Source: Candidatus Izemoplasmatales bacterium (GTDB taxonomy: Bacteria > Bacillota_I > Bacilli_A > Izemoplasmatales > Hujiaoplasmataceae). From it: a DNA stretch of 17,570 nucleotides. Made by a program: the position numbers and the translations under genes. Each line of letters begins with the position of its first letter. Within the stretch, counting starts at the first letter, position 1. This document shows, piece by piece, positions 15,443-17,570 of this stretch. Under the pieces are notes generated by a model. The model worked only from the letters and a program-made list of their open reading frames with translations. It searched no databases and was not told where the DNA came from. The stretch spans positions 1 to 17,570 of the forward strand of contig JBFXGX010000019.1 in assembly GCA_050177605.1 (NCBI GenBank). The letters are read 5' to 3'.

Positions 15443-16831
15443 TTGGAAAATGGACGCGTACTACATTTAATAAAAAGAAGTGCAGAACAAAAAGGCAGTT
15501 ATGTCCTTTATTTTTTACAACAAGCACAGCGATATGCCTATAATCATGCACTAGAATTTGCAATTCAGAAAGCAAATCAATCAAATCAAGAATTAATATG
15601 TTTTTTCGGACTCACGAGTAATTATCCTGAGGCAAACTTACGACATTACCAATTTATGATTGAAGGTCTTGTGGAACTATCGGTTAAGTTAAGAGAAAAA
15701 GGAATTCGATTTGATATTGTCCTTGCTTCTCCTGAAGTAGGAATCCTTCCCTATTTAAAAGAAGCTTCTACTGTTATATTTGATATCGGCTATACGAAAA
15801 TCCAACGTTATTGGCGAAAAGAAATCTATCACGAAATCATGATTCATCATCCATCAGTTGACCTTTATAGCGTAGAGACCGATAGTATCATCCCAGTCAA
15901 AATCGCTTCAGATAAAGAAGAGTACGGTGCCTATACCATTCGCAATAAACTTCATAAGCAACTACCTAATTTTACTTCTAAAGTGAGTCTTCCTCTGATC
16001 AACAAGCAATCCAATGAACTAAAGACCTATTCCGTCAGTGACTTATTATCGAGGTTAGAACTTGATAAAACGATTCAACCTTCACCAATCTATCATGGCG
16101 GATACACTGAAGCAAAAAAGCAGCTTGATTTATTTATTCAATATGGTCTTCCAAATTATCTACTGAGTAATGATCCATCCAGTGATTTTACTTCAAAGAT
16201 GTCGATGTATCTTCATTTTGGACAAATCTCCAGTTTGGAGATTTATCATCATATCCTTGAAAGTAATGCTTCTGAGGAAAACAAAAATGCTTATATAGAA
16301 CAACTTCTTGTAAGAAGAGAACTTGCGAATAATTATATTTTTTATAATCATCATTACGATACTTTTGGTGGTATTACTGAAAAGTGGGCATACCTCACCA
16401 TGAGCGATCATTTAGAAGACAAACGAGCGTATCTTTATACTGTAGAAGACTACACCGAGTTTAATACCCATGATCCTTATTTCAATGCCGCAATGAAACA
16501 AATGGTCTATACTGGCTATATGCATAATTACATGCGGATGTACTGGGCAAAGAAAATCATAGAGTGGTCACCTAGTTACGAAATAGCTTACGAAAATATT
16601 AAAAAATTAAACAATACCTACTTTCTTGATGGACGAGATGCTTTATCCTTTACGGGAATTGCTTGGTGCTTTGGTAAACATGATCGCCCATGGACAGAAA
16701 GAGAGATTTTTGGAAAACTAAGATATATGAATGATTCTGGTTTACGACGAAAATTTAATATCGAGGAATACGTATTAAAAATGAATCAACTTGAGCAAAG
16801 TATTTTGAACGGGACTCAAACAACGGTATAA
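15443..16831 (+). CDS. phr: Deoxyribodipyrimidine photolyase, class II CPD photolyase
   Basis: QR..YNHALEFA, ANLRHY.FM.EGL, KEEYGAYTIR, S.YLHFGQIS, E.L.VRREL, MHNYMRMYWAKKI.EW, LDGRD and HDRPW.ER.IFGK.RYM class II signatures. TTG 15443 follows an AGGTGA RBS; track start is GTG 15434. Confidence 0.93.
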   Translation: MENGRVLHLIKRSAEQKGSYVLYFLQQAQRYAYNHALEFAIQKANQSNQELICFFGLTSNYPEANLRHYQFMIEGLVELSVKLREKGIRFDIVLASPEVGILPYLKEASTVIFDIGYTKIQRYWRKEIYHEIMIHHPSVDLYSVETDSIIPVKIASDKEEYGAYTIRNKLHKQLPNFTSKVSLPLINKQSNELKTYSVSDLLSRLELDKTIQPSPIYHGGYTEAKKQLDLFIQYGLPNYLLSNDPSSDFTSKMSMYLHFGQISSLEIYHHILESNASEENKNAYIEQLLVRRELANNYIFYNHHYDTFGGITEKWAYLTMSDHLEDKRAYLYTVEDYTEFNTHDPYFNAAMKQMVYTGYMHNYMRMYWAKKIIEWSPSYEIAYENIKKLNNTYFLDGRDALSFTGIAWCFGKHDRPWTEREIFGKLRYMNDSGLRRKFNIEEYVLKMNQLEQSILNGTQTTV

Positions 16832-16852
16832 TAATAGCAAGAGGTGAAAGAT

Positions 16853-17034
16853 ATGAAAAAGAATGTAGGAAAGACTGACAAAATCGTACGTTATGTACTT
16901 GGTGCTCTATTTTTAGTGCAGTAAGCTACTGGTTCTTCATTCCTGCCGCTATTGCAATAGCGACTGGTGCTCTAGGATTCTGTGGACTTTATACCTTATT
17001 TGGCATTAATACTTGCAAAACAAAAAAAGAATAA
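16853..17034 (+). pseudogene. DUF2892 (YgaP-like) small membrane protein, frameshifted
   Basis: GAGGTG RBS, then MKKNVGKTDKIVRYVLGALFLVQ-stop (16853-16924). The rest continues in the -1 frame as AVSYWFFIPAAIAIATGALGFCGLYTLFGINTCKTKKE-stop (17034). NVG..D...R and FC.LY.LFGI.TC are DUF2892 hallmarks. Confidence 0.85.
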
Positions 17035-17037
17035 ATG

Positions 17038-17070
17038 AAAAACACTTTCAAATTCGAAAGTGTTTTTTTT
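17038..17070. terminator. Bidirectional terminator
   Basis: AAAAACACTTTC-aaattc-GAAAGTGTTTTT between convergent genes, with A- and T-runs at the ends. Confidence 0.85.
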
Positions 17071-17071
17071 A

Positions 17072-17386
17072 TTAATAAAGGTACCCTGGACTCGTTGTCC
17101 ATACAATAATCATGATGAATCCAAGAAGCGATGAAATCACAAATGCTAGTGTGACGATGACTCTTGTTTTTAAGGTATAAACCTCTAACATCCACATCAA
17201 AGGAACTCCGATTGGAAACACGAACGCAATTGTTAAACCAATGATCCATTTTATCAAAGGCTCATTCTGTTGTTTCTTGATGATACTCGCTTGATAATCA
17301 ATATATTTCTTTGTAGGAGACATACCACAATGGGAACAAAAACGGTCACCTAGATTCATTTCCTTTTGACAATATTCACACTTCAT
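17072..17386 (-). CDS. Zinc-ribbon domain membrane protein
   Basis: N-terminal CEYC-x9-FCSHCG ribbon followed by hydrophobic segments (FPIGVPLMW). Confidence 0.8.
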   Translation of the reverse strand: MKCEYCQKEMNLGDRFCSHCGMSPTKKYIDYQASIIKKQQNEPLIKWIIGLTIAFVFPIGVPLMWMLEVYTLKTRVIVTLAFVISSLLGFIMIIVWTTSPGYLY

Positions 17387-17387
17387 T

Positions 17388-17570
17388 TTATTCTGTTATT
17401 TGAAACAAGGCATGATCGCCATCCTCAAATGTCCCTTTCTGCGTCGCGATTTCAAACAATCGTTTCGCAATTCCTAAATCAACAAGGTCGTAGGCTCCTG
17501 GTTTGTGATTTTCAATCCGAAGTTCATGATTTGTATAAGACAAGAGAATCCCTTGACGATTTGTTGCGCT
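17388..17570 (-). CDS. C-terminal 60 aa of an unidentified protein entering from the right edge
   Basis: Open frame SATNRQGILLSYTNHELRIENHKPGAYDLVDLGIAKRLFEIATQKGTFEDGDHALFQITE-stop, ending just before the ATG (17386) of the zinc-ribbon gene. Confidence 0.65.
   Translation of the reverse strand, partial: SATNRQGILLSYTNHELRIENHKPGAYDLVDLGIAKRLFEIATQKGTFEDGDHALFQITE

Noticed and set aside
16907..16924. Programmed -1 ribosomal frameshift in the DUF2892 gene
   Set aside because: A-TTT-TTA is not a canonical X-XXY-YYZ heptamer and no clear stimulatory structure follows; a simple indel is more parsimonious.
14285..17249. Short ORFs 14285-14476, 15384-15584, 16193-16411 and 16989-17249
   Set aside because: Antisense or alternate-frame overlaps of the ATPase, photolyase and zinc-ribbon genes; the last also crosses a terminator.

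Overview
AT-rich bacterial chromosomal window. It uses the standard genetic code (TGA is a stop, Trp is TGG) and GGAG/AGGTGA ribosome-binding sites. Style suggests a low-GC Bacillota or Acholeplasma/Izemoplasma-like organism, which is inference only. Most genes are on the minus strand. Left to right: lrgB (partial) and cidA/lrgA; a DUF1648-like and a Pr6Pr-like membrane protein; a glycine-N-methyltransferase-like SAM methyltransferase; a tdh-kbl threonine catabolic operon divergent from an AraC regulator; a probable lipid-modifying cluster (HSL-type esterase, two paralogous YwaF-like membrane proteins, tandem GNAT, two SDRs, DUF1700, PadR); a ~2 kb AT-rich islet (SWIM zinc finger plus AAA_14/DUF4143 ATPase) downstream of tRNA-Gly(GCC); a class II CPD photolyase; a frameshifted DUF2892 gene; a zinc-ribbon membrane protein; and a partial CDS. 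The most interesting signals: (1) a 22/24-nt repeated palindromic operator linking PadR to the SDR-SDR-YwaF operon; (2) YwaF-like paralogs with Ser/Thr where the family usually has Cys; (3) a translationally coupled SDR pair with apparently opposite cofactor preference; (4) a degenerate second copy of the tRNA trailer/terminator that brackets the SWIM/ATPase islet; (5) a possible Thr-to-Gly-to-methylglycine link. Family assignments come from motif recognition by eye; no searches were run.
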